The position numbers and the translations under genes are program-made. Of a stretch of 64,000 nt of DNA, positions 46,058 through 55,725 are shown in pieces. How positions within the stretch are numbered: the first letter of the stretch is position 1; every line of letters begins with the position of its first letter. The stretch comes from a virus (taxonomy: Duplodnaviria > Caudoviricetes). The stretch lies in IMG/VR virus record IMGVR_UViG_2675903060_000003, positions 33,178 to 97,177 of that record; one strand, given 5' to 3'. Under the pieces are notes generated by a model. It saw only the letters and a list, made by a program, of their open reading frames with translations. It searched no databases and was not told the origin of the DNA.

Positions 46058-46366
46058 TCACCGGTCACGCCCCCATTGCCGGTCCCATTCGGCGGTCAGC
46101 CGGTCGGCTTCGTCGCCGAGGGCGTCGCGGACGACGTGCTCCACCCGGAGCGGCGGGGCGAGTTCGCGGGTGTCGGCTGCCGGGTCGAGCACGTCGAGGC
46201 CGGCGTTCGGACGGCGGGCGGGCAGGCGGTTGAGGCGGTCCCTCAGCCACACCACTCCTACGGCGGCGAGGACCAGAGCCAGCAGCGCGATGACGAGCAG
46301 CAGGGTGCCGTTGGCGGCGTCGTTGAAGAACACCGCCAACGTCTCCAGCTTGTCGAGGGCGCCCAT
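46058..46366 (-). CDS. Single-TM membrane protein
   Basis: TLLLVIALLALVLAAVGVVWL. Confidence 0.7.
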   Translation of the reverse strand: MGALDKLETLAVFFNDAANGTLLLVIALLALVLAAVGVVWLRDRLNRLPARRPNAGLDVLDPAADTRELAPPLRVEHVVRDALGDEADRLTAEWDRQWGRDR

Positions 46367-46902
46367 CACGCGCCCCCGCCCGGCTTCCACTCGATGCCGA
46401 GCAGGGAGCGGATCTCGGCGGCGGCGTAGTCCTGGCGTGCCGCCCCCGCCCGGTTGCCGATCTCGCGGTAGGCGTCCTCGGCGTTGGCGAGTTCGCGGAG
46501 CCGGGTCTCGGCCTTGGCGCGGAGTGCGGAATCGTGCCCCGCCTCCACCTGCGGGGCGTCTCCCGCGAGGGCCAGGAACGCCTCCAGCTCGTGGACGGGA
46601 GTGCCGACGGCCTGTGCTGCCGCTATCTCCGCCCGGCAGCCTTTGGACTGCTCCCAGCCGGGAAGGACCACGACCGCGTCAGCGGACTGCACGATCCATG
46701 ACAGGACGTTGGCGAGAGCCGGGCGCAGGTCGTGCGGGTCGAAACCTGCGTCGGGGTTAGGCTCGGCCGGGCAGCGCACCTCGTAGCCGAGAGCACGCAG
46801 CCGTTCGGCAGCGGCAAGGAACGCCGGGAACCCCATGTCGAGGCGGCCTCGCATCGGGCCGGCGATGTAGACCGCACTGCCGGGGGTCATCGGCTCAGGC
46901 AT
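46366..46902 (-). CDS. DUF4406 / nucleoside deoxyribosyltransferase-like protein
   Basis: VYIAGPMRG...FPAF...DAVVVLPGWEQSKGCRAE. Confidence 0.88.
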   Translation of the reverse strand: MPEPMTPGSAVYIAGPMRGRLDMGFPAFLAAAERLRALGYEVRCPAEPNPDAGFDPHDLRPALANVLSWIVQSADAVVVLPGWEQSKGCRAEIAAAQAVGTPVHELEAFLALAGDAPQVEAGHDSALRAKAETRLRELANAEDAYREIGNRAGAARQDYAAAEIRSLLGIEWKPGGGA

Positions 46903-47254
46903 CGTCGTCTCCGTCCTGCTCGTCGGCGAGTACCGCCATCTGGTCGGGCGAGAGCGCGAGCAGGGCTTCCTGAGCCTCGTGCGTGAGAGTGGCGGCCTGG
47001 TCGGCGGGAAGGCTCCCGCCGGCGACGTGGGAGCGGTACAGGGCCCGCATGGCGTCCAGCAGCGCCGGGGAGAGGGTCACGAACGGGTCGGCGTCAGCCG
47101 GGACCACGATCGCCCGGAAGTCGGGGTCGTCGTCGGTCGGGCTGACGCCGATCGAGACGACGTTGCCGTCCCGCGACACAGCCCAGCCGTAGATGCCGAT
47201 GGCGTCGGCCACCATCTCGGCGATGAGGTCCGGGGTGGGAGTGGGGATGATCAC
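46895..47254 (-). CDS. Hypothetical protein, related to 47448..47942
   Basis: PTPDLIAEMV...NVVSIGVSP...FRAIVV. Confidence 0.7.
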   Translation of the reverse strand: MIIPTPTPDLIAEMVADAIGIYGWAVSRDGNVVSIGVSPTDDDPDFRAIVVPADADPFVTLSPALLDAMRALYRSHVAGGSLPADQAATLTHEAQEALLALSPDQMAVLADEQDGDDDA

Positions 47255-47451
47255 TTGCCACCACCCCGTCCGACCAGCGCCAGCGTGATCGTCAGGAACG
47301 CCGAAGCCAGCAGCGCCGTGTCGTAGCCCATCGTCGGGATGACCGGCCACCACTCGTGGTGGAGGATGCCGACGAACATCATCAGCGCCCACGCGGAGGC
47401 CACCCAGCCGCCGACGACGATCGCGATGAAGAGAAGGACGGCACCCATCAC
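47251..47451 (-). CDS. Small membrane protein
   Basis: Two hydrophobic segments. Confidence 0.75.
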   Translation of the reverse strand: MMGAVLLFIAIVVGGWVASAWALMMFVGILHHEWWPVIPTMGYDTALLASAFLTITLALVGRGGGK

Positions 47452-47942
47452 GCACCCCCGCCCTGCTCCGCCTGAGCGGCCTCAGCCCGACGACGAGCGA
47501 TCTCCTCGTCGGCGAGCTTCTGCGCCTCATCGGCCAGTGCGGCCAGACGAGCGGCCAAGCGCCGCGCCTCGACGGGAGTCAGGAAGCCCACGTTGGTGGC
47601 CTTCATCGTGTTGACGACCACGAACAGGTCTGGGCTCACCCACGAGCGGACCTCGTCGGCGGGTCCCCACTCCACCTCCAGCGTGGCGGGACGCTCCAGC
47701 ACGATCGGGGTCTGCTCGCCCTCGACGACGACCGCCCGGAAGTGGACCTCGGGCAGCTTGGTTCCCTCGTCGTCGTCGGCGTAGGGCGTGATCCCGATGT
47801 GGACGACGTTTCCGGCAGCGCCGATCGACGGGTGCCAGTAGTTGCCGTCGTGGTAGTCGTTGTCGCCCATCGTCAGCATCTCGGCGACGTTCTCCGGAGT
47901 CGGAGGGGTAGCGGCGACCTTCTCGGGGGTGATGTCGCTCAT
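47448..47942 (-). CDS. Hypothetical protein
   Basis: PTPENVAEML...NVVHIGITP...FRAVVV. Confidence 0.75.
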   Translation of the reverse strand: MSDITPEKVAATPPTPENVAEMLTMGDNDYHDGNYWHPSIGAAGNVVHIGITPYADDDEGTKLPEVHFRAVVVEGEQTPIVLERPATLEVEWGPADEVRSWVSPDLFVVVNTMKATNVGFLTPVEARRLAARLAALADEAQKLADEEIARRRAEAAQAEQGGGA

Positions 47943-48559
47943 GCGGCACCGTCCTGAGCGGTCAGCGAGTCAATGAGCGCCTGGGCGGCGGCGATCTCGG
48001 ATCGCAGCTCAGCGGCCCGCTCGCGCCCGTACTCGTCGTCGCGGTCGTCGTACATGCCCAGGTACTTGGCGCACTGTGCGATCTGGCCTACAGCGGCTGC
48101 GTGGACGGCCTTACGGGTCGCCCACACCTCGTCGAGGACCGGCGTCCGCTTCTCGCTGATGCACTCGCCGATGTAGCCGTAGACGGTGTTGACGTTGAGG
48201 AACGCGTCCCGGTCGTAGAACGCCGCCTTGTAGAAGACGCTGACGCGCCGGCGTCCCAGCTCGTCAACCAGGTACGACCACATGGCGTGGTCGGAGCCCT
48301 CGCGCTTCCAGCCGGTCGGGAGTTCGGCGTGCCGGAACAGCGGATCGCCGGCGACCTTGTCGCCCAGCTTGAAGCCGAGCGCGGTCAGCTCGTCCTCGGT
48401 GCCGTAGTTGAGGCGGGACGGCAGGACGGTGGAGTTGACGATCTCGCGCTGGCCCTGCGCCTCCATCCGCTCGATAGAGGCGGACGGGCCGCCAGGACCC
48501 ATCGCGTCGGCCAGGAGCAGGAGAGGGTCGGTCTTGCTGGTGTTGCGCGGGCTGCTCAT
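47939..48559 (-). CDS. Conserved phage protein
   Basis: IERMEAQGQ...DPLF...LPTGW...HAMWSYLVDE.GR.RV..FYKAAFYDRDA. Confidence 0.85.
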   Translation of the reverse strand: MSSPRNTSKTDPLLLLADAMGPGGPSASIERMEAQGQREIVNSTVLPSRLNYGTEDELTALGFKLGDKVAGDPLFRHAELPTGWKREGSDHAMWSYLVDELGRRRVSVFYKAAFYDRDAFLNVNTVYGYIGECISEKRTPVLDEVWATRKAVHAAAVGQIAQCAKYLGMYDDRDDEYGRERAAELRSEIAAAQALIDSLTAQDGAA

Positions 48560-48785
48560 GCTGCTGTGCCTTCCGGGGAGTCGTAGGGGTGCCGGTAGCC
48601 GGCGAACGGGGCCTCCATCGGGAAGATCCCGAGAGGCGTCGTGCGGGGCTGGGAGAAGTCGTCCACGGGGAAGAGCTGCGACAGGCTGGACCAGCCCGTC
48701 CACGAGCCGCGCGAGCGGGCCGGGCGGGGGCGGGGAGGGCGGTAGCCGCGACGACGGTGGCGGCCCTTACCGGACAGCAGGGCGG

Positions 48786-49196
48786 TCACGAGTGCCCCCC
48801 AGCGCGCTCCAGGTCGGCGTGGGCGGCGTCGAAACGCTCCAGGGCGCCGTCCGGGGCGTGCGACAACTCCCCGCCGAACGGAGGGATGTGGACACCGGCG
48901 GCGGCCAGCATGTCGGCGTAGCCTTTGGCGACATCCTGCGCGGCCCGAGCCTCGGCCTCGGCCTGCCGCTTCTCGCCGTCCTTCTGGATCACCCACGCCT
49001 GCTTCTCGGCGATCTCCTTCTCCAGTTGGGCGATCTCCTCGCCCTTCTGGATGGCCGTCCCGCCCATCGAGGTGGCGTGCCGGGCAGCCTCCTGGTACTT
49101 GGCGGTCAGCTCGGCCACGATCCGCTGAGCGGCGTGCTCGGTGACGAACACCACAGCCGGCGACGGGGCGGGGAACTGGTCGGTCTTGCGAGACAT
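48786..49196 (-). CDS. Coiled-coil hypothetical protein
   Basis: AGGAG RBS; heptad pattern. Confidence 0.75.
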   Translation of the reverse strand: MSRKTDQFPAPSPAVVFVTEHAAQRIVAELTAKYQEAARHATSMGGTAIQKGEEIAQLEKEIAEKQAWVIQKDGEKRQAEAEARAAQDVAKGYADMLAAAGVHIPPFGGELSHAPDGALERFDAAHADLERAGGHS

Positions 49197-49271
49197 TCAC
49201 GTTCTCCTGGTGCGAGATAGGTCGGTTTGGTGCTCGCCCCCTCTCTCGGAGGGGGCGGGGAAGAGAGCGGG

Positions 49272-49511
49272 CTACGGGGTGGGCGACGGCTTCTCAGCCC
49301 GGCGGGTCACCTCGGCGAGGTTGAAGATGTCGTCCTCGCTCGGCGGGGTGAACGAGCCACCGCACCAGCCGTCGAGGCAGGACTCGAACTCGGCGCGCAC
49401 GTGGTCAGCGCGACCGTCCGCCACGTAGCCACTCAGGGCGTAGCTGAGGATGCGGGACAGCGCCTCACGCTGCTGGGTCGAGAGGACAGGCGGGAGGGCA
49501 GAGCCAGCCAT
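49272..49511 (-). CDS. Hypothetical protein
   Basis: TGATG-coupled ORF. Confidence 0.6.
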   Translation of the reverse strand: MAGSALPPVLSTQQREALSRILSYALSGYVADGRADHVRAEFESCLDGWCGGSFTPPSEDDIFNLAEVTRRAEKPSPTP

Positions 49512-50020
49512 CACGCACCCCCGGAGAGCGAGGTCTGACCGGGGTGAACCTCGGTCTCGGCGGGCTTGGCGTCCTGGATGGTCTGCTGAAGTTCCTGAGT
49601 AGCCGTAAGGGTCTGCCAGCGCTTGAGTGCCGCGTCCTGGACCGCCTTCGGGTCGATGCCGAACGACTCCAGCGCCGTCCACGTCAGAGCGACGAGAGGC
49701 GGGTCCTCCCAGTCGTCCCACATCTGGGCGGCGATCTCGTCCGCCTTCTCCGGCAGGTGCTCGATCAGGGCGCGCAGCAGGAACGACACCGAATGCTCGG
49801 CGGTCATAAGCGCCTGATTCTGGAGGTAGCGGGACGCGGCGTCGGCGAAGTTCTCGCCCGACTTCTCCGCCTCCATCTGCGCCTTGAAGAAGGTCTGGTT
49901 CAGTGACGCCGACCAGTGCGCCTCTACCGCCATGTACTCGGCGAGCCGGCGCGCGGTCGCCTCCTCGGGCGTGTTCGGGTAGGAGGCGAAGTCGTCCACC
50001 GTGGGCAGGTTGTCGGTCAT
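49511..50020 (-). CDS. Hypothetical protein
   Basis: 169-aa coupled ORF. Confidence 0.75.
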   Translation of the reverse strand: MTDNLPTVDDFASYPNTPEEATARRLAEYMAVEAHWSASLNQTFFKAQMEAEKSGENFADAASRYLQNQALMTAEHSVSFLLRALIEHLPEKADEIAAQMWDDWEDPPLVALTWTALESFGIDPKAVQDAALKRWQTLTATQELQQTIQDAKPAETEVHPGQTSLSGGA

Positions 50021-50862
50021 CAGGCGTCGCTCCCTGCGAAGAGTTCGGCTTGCTCGTCGCGGGCGTACTCGCCGGCGTAGTACATGTCCCAGACCTCTTC
50101 GAAGAGAGGCAGGTCCCTGCGGGTCCAGGCGTAGGTTTCGCGAACCGCGCCGCTGACGGTGTCCTCGGCCCGCTTGGCAGGCATCGGACGCTGTTCGGCG
50201 AGCGCGACCTTGACCACGCGACGCCCGAACCAGGACTGCGCAGACCTGATCTGCGCCTGCGTGAGCCCCTTCGACTTCAGGAAGTCAGGAACGTACAGCG
50301 GCAGGTCCTCGTCGGGAATCTCCGGCTCCTCGCCGAGACCGATCGACGTGTGGATCTGGATCCTTAAGCGCTGCCACTTCGGGTCGAGATAGCCATCGCC
50401 CGCGATGAGCAGTTCGACCCTCGCCTTGGCGAGGTGGACGCGCTCGATCGCCTCTGAGCGCTGCTCGTGGGTGGCGACCTCTTCGACGTTCAGGAGGTAG
50501 GCGCGGACATCCTTGGCGACGGCCGACTCGGTGAGCATCTGGCCGACGTTGAGGATGGCGCGGCGGTTGAAGATGTTGAGCGACCGGCGGTTGGGCGAGG
50601 GGGTCAGGTTGACCCTCTCGAACTCGCGCAGGTCTTCGCCCTCAAGGCGCTTCAGGCCGTTGCGCTCAAGCTCCTGCCGGTTGCGCCGGACGACGCTCTT
50701 GATGGTCTCGACTTCCACCTCGTAGTAGTCGGCGACCAGTTCGGTGGTCATGTGTACGCCGTCAGACAGGAGGCTGAGCGCCTTCACCTTGTCGAGGACG
50801 TCCACCCGCTCCACGTACTGAGCGCGGAGGGTAGGGCTCTCGATCATCGCCAGCTCGTTCAC
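50020..50862 (-). CDS. Antirepressor-like DNA-binding protein
   Basis: VDVLDKVKALSLL...TELVADYYEV...NRQELERNG...RRAILNVGQMLTESAVAKDVRAYLL. Confidence 0.8.
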   Translation of the reverse strand: MNELAMIESPTLRAQYVERVDVLDKVKALSLLSDGVHMTTELVADYYEVEVETIKSVVRRNRQELERNGLKRLEGEDLREFERVNLTPSPNRRSLNIFNRRAILNVGQMLTESAVAKDVRAYLLNVEEVATHEQRSEAIERVHLAKARVELLIAGDGYLDPKWQRLRIQIHTSIGLGEEPEIPDEDLPLYVPDFLKSKGLTQAQIRSAQSWFGRRVVKVALAEQRPMPAKRAEDTVSGAVRETYAWTRRDLPLFEEVWDMYYAGEYARDEQAELFAGSDA

Positions 50863-51053
50863 GCCGCCGCTCCCGTGCGGCACATGCGCTGCCGCGCCTC
50901 GTACGCCTCGATGGAGGTGATGAGCACCTTGACGGGCGAGTTGCGGGCGTCGCCCAGCTTGATCGCCTCGATCTCGCCGGCGCGGATGTGCTTGAGCAGC
51001 GTCGGAGGGCTGATGTTGAGCCGACCGCAGGCTTGCGTTCTGGACAGGTACAT
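50859..51053 (-). CDS. Excisionase-like (HTH_17 / MerR-type) DNA-binding protein
   Basis: YLSRTQACGRLNISPPTLLKHIRAGEIEAIKLG. Confidence 0.85.
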   Translation of the reverse strand: MYLSRTQACGRLNISPPTLLKHIRAGEIEAIKLGDARNSPVKVLITSIEAYEARQRMCRTGAAA

Positions 51054-51167
51054 GTGACTCACTCCTTCCCTTCGCTTTCCATCTCTTGCCAATCTTAGCC
51101 AACTCTAGCCGCTAAATGAATGCCCAAGCGACAGGGAATCTCTGGTCATCTCTGTACACATGGAAGG

Positions 51168-51530
51168 GTGAGCGACAACGCCCCCGCCAAGCCGTTCCTC
51201 GACCTGGTCGAAGCCACCCTCGCCGAGATGGGCCGCACCAAGACCTGGCTCTCCCAGCGCAGCAACGTCAGCCGCGCCACGATCAACAACTGGGCACACC
51301 AGCCACGGACACCGCAATCCGCGAGCGTCATCGCCGTCGCCGAAGCGCTCGGCATTGACCAGAGGAGAGCACTCCGTCTGGCCGGCCTCCCGTCCACCGG
51401 CAGCACCCCAGAGACCGTCCCGCCGGACCTGTCGTCGATGCCGCTGCCCGCCCTCGCCGAGCGGCTGCACCACCTGAGCGAAGAACTCGACCGCGTCGCC
51501 GCCGAACTCGCACGCCGCCCTTCGGCCTGA
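51168..51530 (+). CDS. XRE-family HTH repressor
   Basis: GRTKTWLSQRSNVSRATINNWAHQPRTPQSASVIAVAEALGI. Confidence 0.88.
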   Translation: MSDNAPAKPFLDLVEATLAEMGRTKTWLSQRSNVSRATINNWAHQPRTPQSASVIAVAEALGIDQRRALRLAGLPSTGSTPETVPPDLSSMPLPALAERLHHLSEELDRVAAELARRPSA

Positions 51531-51623
51531 CATCTGCTCTTCTCTCCTACGGTCGGTCTGCTGCTGTAAGGGGGTGTCCGCTACCGACCCCGACCCCCGA
51601 TGGACGGGGTCGGCAGCGGGAGA

Positions 51624-52529
51624 TCAGAAGTCGCCGTCAGCGACCTGGAGCACGGTCAGGCCCATCGCCCGCCACATCTCGACCACTTGCCGCCGGTCGT
51701 CCAGCACGCAGGACACGTCGTAGACGTCGCGAACATGGGCGTCGAACAGCTCGGCCTTGACGATGGAGTCCTTGCGGTGGTCGCCGGCCTCCCGCATGTG
51801 CAGGGCGTCGTAGGCGAGGCCGACATGCGCCGTCAGCCACTCCTCCGTCGCCGCCCGGCATGCGTCCGACCGGCCCGACATGAACACGACCCGGTTACCT
51901 GCCGCGTGAAGCGCGCGGATGACGGCGATGACCGGGAGGTTCGGCCGGTCATCGCCGACGCGCGTCTCATCGAACGGCGACCTGTCGCCCATCAGGGCGG
52001 CGGTCCCGTCGATGTCCACCAGCACGGCCTTCGGGGTGCCCGGCTTGGCCTTGTATGGCTTCACCGCGTTGTCGTCACCAGGCTCCTCCGGCAGCGGCAG
52101 GGGGTAGGGGCGGCCCTTCAGGTAGCGGGTGTGCATGCCACGGATGACGTCCCCGCCAACCGGTCGCTCGCGGGCAGCGTCGCGGGCGATGCACTCGTCC
52201 ACGGAACGGTGGGTCAGATCCCACACCTCGAAGTCGGCGCCGGCGCGGCGAGCGACCCTGGCCAGGTCCCGGACCGTGCGGTTCGGCAGGTTGGTGTCGT
52301 CGCACACCACGTCCACGCCCTTGCGCAGCAGCGCCGAAATGGCGGCGTCCCGCGCGGTGAGGATGCGCGGCTCTGTGACGCCCGCGATGTACACGCTGTC
52401 GTGGACCATGGCGCGCAGGTCGTCACGGTTGATGCGGGCCCGCTTCTCCGGGTCCTCGGCCACCCACGCCGACGCCATGCACGTCTTGCCGCACCCTGGT
52501 AGGCCACGAGTGATGTAGAGGGTGCTCAC
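51624..52529 (-). CDS. Polynucleotide kinase / 3'-phosphatase (T4 PseT-like)
   Basis: GLPGCGKT P-loop, RINRDDLR, DDTN; HAD domain DIDGT, SGR, DDR. Confidence 0.95.
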   Translation of the reverse strand: MSTLYITRGLPGCGKTCMASAWVAEDPEKRARINRDDLRAMVHDSVYIAGVTEPRILTARDAAISALLRKGVDVVCDDTNLPNRTVRDLARVARRAGADFEVWDLTHRSVDECIARDAARERPVGGDVIRGMHTRYLKGRPYPLPLPEEPGDDNAVKPYKAKPGTPKAVLVDIDGTAALMGDRSPFDETRVGDDRPNLPVIAVIRALHAAGNRVVFMSGRSDACRAATEEWLTAHVGLAYDALHMREAGDHRKDSIVKAELFDAHVRDVYDVSCVLDDRRQVVEMWRAMGLTVLQVADGDF

Positions 52530-53602
52530 GCGGCGTCCTCCGAGAACGTGACGGGCCGCATGTCGCCGGACGGGCGCAGCGTCCTCCAAATGGCCGGCCG
52601 CGGATCCTTGCCGTCGAGCAGGTTGAACAGCCATGGACGCAGCGTCGACTTGGCCGCTTCCAGGGCGTAGTCCTTGCGCGTCCACCCCTCCGGCAGTCGG
52701 CCGAGGATCTTGTCGTGGAACTGCTCGGTGTCGTACAGCAGGTCGTCGGCCTCCTGCGTCAGCCGTCCGGCGAGGTCCTTCACCCACTGGTGGAACTCGT
52801 CCGGAAGCGGCTCGCAGATGTCCGCGACGCTCTTGCCTGCGCCGAGCAGCTCCCACACGCCGCGCGCGTTCAGGCCGGTGATGACCTTGTGTAGTGCCAC
52901 GTAGTCGGCCTGCTTCAGCTTCACCATGTGGCCCGAGTCGAGCATCCGGACCACCAGCCCTTCCGCTCCAGGCCGGGGCGGCATCGCTAACGCCTCGCCC
53001 AGCGTGCGGACGCTGAACACCGTTGCCTGCGGCCCGTCCCAGCCCGAAACCCAGTCAGGCCCGACCACTGCGCCGGTCGCGATGTCCACCGCGCCGAGGA
53101 GGAACAGGTCGTCCGCGCCGCCGTAGTCGCACACGATCCGGTTCTCCGGATACACGACCTCGAACAGCACCGTCATGCCGGGCGGCGGCTCGAAGTCGCC
53201 GTACCGGGCCCTGAAGACAGCCGTGGCGTGCGCCGCCTGCATCGAAGTGAACGAACCGCGCGTCGCCACCGCATACCCGGCAGACGTGGGGTGGAGGATC
53301 CCCAACGAGCCGTCCATCTTGTCGATGACCTCGGCCGGCGCCGACAGGTCGAGGTCGCCCGCGAGCGGGTCGCCGTAGTTGAAGAACTTCGCGAACGGCC
53401 TCGCCACAATGGCGCCCTGCTCGTCCACGATCAAGCCACGACACGTCCTGGTCACCACGTCCCAGACGCCCTCGTACTGCGTCTTCTCGGTGTAGTTATA
53501 GATCTCCAGAGGCTCGGTGGGGTGCTCCTGGACGCGGACGTAACCGGCCTCGATGCACTTCTCCAGATACTCCAGGTCGAACAGGTCCCAGATGTGCGTC
53601 AC
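52526..53602 (-). CDS. RNA ligase (T4 Rnl1 family)
   Basis: CRGLI, RPFAKFFN, motif I KMDGSLG, ATRGSF, LFE, EGLVV, KLK. Confidence 0.93.
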   Translation of the reverse strand: MTHIWDLFDLEYLEKCIEAGYVRVQEHPTEPLEIYNYTEKTQYEGVWDVVTRTCRGLIVDEQGAIVARPFAKFFNYGDPLAGDLDLSAPAEVIDKMDGSLGILHPTSAGYAVATRGSFTSMQAAHATAVFRARYGDFEPPPGMTVLFEVVYPENRIVCDYGGADDLFLLGAVDIATGAVVGPDWVSGWDGPQATVFSVRTLGEALAMPPRPGAEGLVVRMLDSGHMVKLKQADYVALHKVITGLNARGVWELLGAGKSVADICEPLPDEFHQWVKDLAGRLTQEADDLLYDTEQFHDKILGRLPEGWTRKDYALEAAKSTLRPWLFNLLDGKDPRPAIWRTLRPSGDMRPVTFSEDAA

Positions 53603-53758
53603 GGGTGGCTCCTAGATGCCGATGCGGACGTAGGCCATGAGGACGATCCCGACGAGGAGCGCGACCGCGCCGCCGGCGAGGACGGCTATGACGGCGGACA
53701 GGCAGCCGGAGCCCTCGTCTTCGGGGTCAGGGCGGGCGGGGGTAGGCAGGATCACGGG

Positions 53759-54280
53759 TCAGCCCACCTTCGCCACGAGCGAGACGGGCGTCCGCACGTC
53801 CTGCGGCCGGTCCGACTGGAGGTAGTCGCCCGTCCAGGTGATGAGCGTCCCGTCCGTCGTGAAGAAGAAGACGCCCTCCTCGTTGCCGCCGTACGTGCCG
53901 TCATCGCCAGCCGAATCGACGACGTACTTCTCGGTGCAGGACCCGCACGTGGAGTCGGCGAGGTCGTCCTGCGGCAGGAGCTGCGAAGAGACCGACGTCA
54001 CCTTGCCCTTGATCGTGTAGTAGGCGATGACCTTCGCGTCCTTGCTGAGCAGGTACACGTAGGAGACCCGGTTCGGGTCGTTCGAGCGCTTCAGGTACTC
54101 GGCGACGTTCTTGCGGTCCAGCGGATACGACAGGTCCCCCGCGGGGAACGGGACGGCCTTCTCGTACTTCTTCTGCTGGTCGTTGCTCGCCTTCTGTGCG
54201 GCCTCCCGCTCGGGGTTGCCGGTGCAGGCGGTCAGCAGCAGCATCGCGGCGGCGGACGCGGCGACAAGCTTGCGGTTCAT
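53759..54280 (-). CDS. Lipoprotein
   Basis: Signal peptide with lipobox LLTAC; GKVTS...DDGTYG...FFFTTDG. Confidence 0.85.
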   Translation of the reverse strand: MNRKLVAASAAAMLLLTACTGNPEREAAQKASNDQQKKYEKAVPFPAGDLSYPLDRKNVAEYLKRSNDPNRVSYVYLLSKDAKVIAYYTIKGKVTSVSSQLLPQDDLADSTCGSCTEKYVVDSAGDDGTYGGNEEGVFFFTTDGTLITWTGDYLQSDRPQDVRTPVSLVAKVG

Positions 54281-54296
54281 GACGTGTCTCCGGGGG

Positions 54297-54731
54297 TTAG
54301 TTGCAGTCGGGGGTGTCGTCGCCGATCTCGGCGGGCAGGTCGCGGTCCTTGAACAGCGACCGGTTGGCCTTGGCGGAGTCGGCGTTGTACTTCGCGGCCT
54401 GGTCGGCGCGGAACTGCTGCAGGCCGGTCAGCTCGGTGTCGAGCCGGTCCCGCTTCGGGGCGGCCTGGAACCGGTCGGAAGGGTCGCCGTCCGGGTGGCG
54501 CTTGTCGTACGCGGCGATCTCGCCCTGCTTCGCGGCGATCTTGACGTCGGTGGCGGCGACGGAAGCGCACAGGTCGTGGAAGTGCTCGTACTGGTAGAGC
54601 ACGTTGTCCGGGTCTCCGACCCGCTCCCGCACACCGTTCGCGGTACGGACGGGCTGCGTCAGCCAGCCGATCAGGACGACGACCAGCCAGGTCGCCAGCG
54701 CGGCGCCGATGACGCCGAGGAACCACTTCAT
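54297..54731 (-). CDS. Membrane-anchored helical protein, partner of the lipoprotein
   Basis: N-terminal TM; YEHFHD...YNADS..ANRSLFK..LP..I. Confidence 0.8.
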   Translation of the reverse strand: MKWFLGVIGAALATWLVVVLIGWLTQPVRTANGVRERVGDPDNVLYQYEHFHDLCASVAATDVKIAAKQGEIAAYDKRHPDGDPSDRFQAAPKRDRLDTELTGLQQFRADQAAKYNADSAKANRSLFKDRDLPAEIGDDTPDCN

Positions 54732-54954
54732 GGGAGCCCCTTTCAGGGGTTGTAGAGGTCGTTCGGGGTGCCGTGCTCGATCAGGTCGGCACGGCGGGCG
54801 AGGTCTGCGGTCATGGCCGCGATACAGGCGGGGCAGCCTCCGCACGGGGTGTCGTCCGGTGGGCGGTTGGTGCAGCCGACCGCGCCGGCAGGGCACACGT
54901 GATCGGCGGGCAGGGTGGATCGGCACCAGGGGCAGAACCGCATGTCGATGACGC

Positions 54955-55725
54955 TCACGACGCCACCACCTGTACGACGAACGGCGACGACCCGCACCCG
55001 CACGTGAACAGCCCCTCGACGGGGGCGGACCAGCCGGGGCACTGCAGGTGCCCGTACCGGTCCATCGCCTCCGCGAACGCGCCGTCCTGCTGGATCAGCT
55101 CCCGCTCCGTGCACGCCACGACAGGGGTCGGCCGGCGCCCTTCCGCGTACGAGCCCGCGGGGGCGGGACGGTGCCCGCCCTTGTCGTCGAGCAGCACCCA
55201 GCCGAAGCGGGCGTGCTTGACGGGGATCTCCCACGGGCGGGCCACACCGGAGCGGACCTTCAACCCCAGGCGTTCGGCGGCACTGACCTCCACCCCATCG
55301 ATGAGGCGATGATCGCGGCGGCATGCTGCGAGCAGCGTGGCGGGCGAGTTCGACCACTCCGCCCTCGTACCGCCGGCCTTCTTCCCCTCACGGTGCGCCG
55401 GGTCGTGCGCCTCGCTGGCCCCCCCGCAGGAGAGACCGACCTCGCACACGCCGCCAGACCTACGCACGAGGATGCGCTTCACCGCAGCGGGCACACCCTT
55501 CGGCCGGGCCGTCTTCTTCGGCTTGGTCCGCTTCAACGGCTTGCGCGGCTTCTCCTCCTTCTCGGAGGGCGGGAACACCAGGTGCCAGCCGCGCATGCAC
55601 TGCTCCACATCCGTGGGCAGCACCCGGGACACGCCCAGGTTCTTGATGCGCTCCCAGTAGCGGCGGGCTTCCTCCTCGCTGGCGAAGGTGGCCTTGTTGC
55701 AGCAGGTGGGCGTCTTCGTCTTCAC
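54955..55725 (-). CDS. HNH-like endonuclease-domain protein
   Basis: RRSGGVCEVG..C...HDPAHR...LLAACRRDHRLID...WVLLDDKG. Confidence 0.75.
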   Translation of the reverse strand: MKTKTPTCCNKATFASEEEARRYWERIKNLGVSRVLPTDVEQCMRGWHLVFPPSEKEEKPRKPLKRTKPKKTARPKGVPAAVKRILVRRSGGVCEVGLSCGGASEAHDPAHREGKKAGGTRAEWSNSPATLLAACRRDHRLIDGVEVSAAERLGLKVRSGVARPWEIPVKHARFGWVLLDDKGGHRPAPAGSYAEGRRPTPVVACTERELIQQDGAFAEAMDRYGHLQCPGWSAPVEGLFTCGCGSSPFVVQVVAS

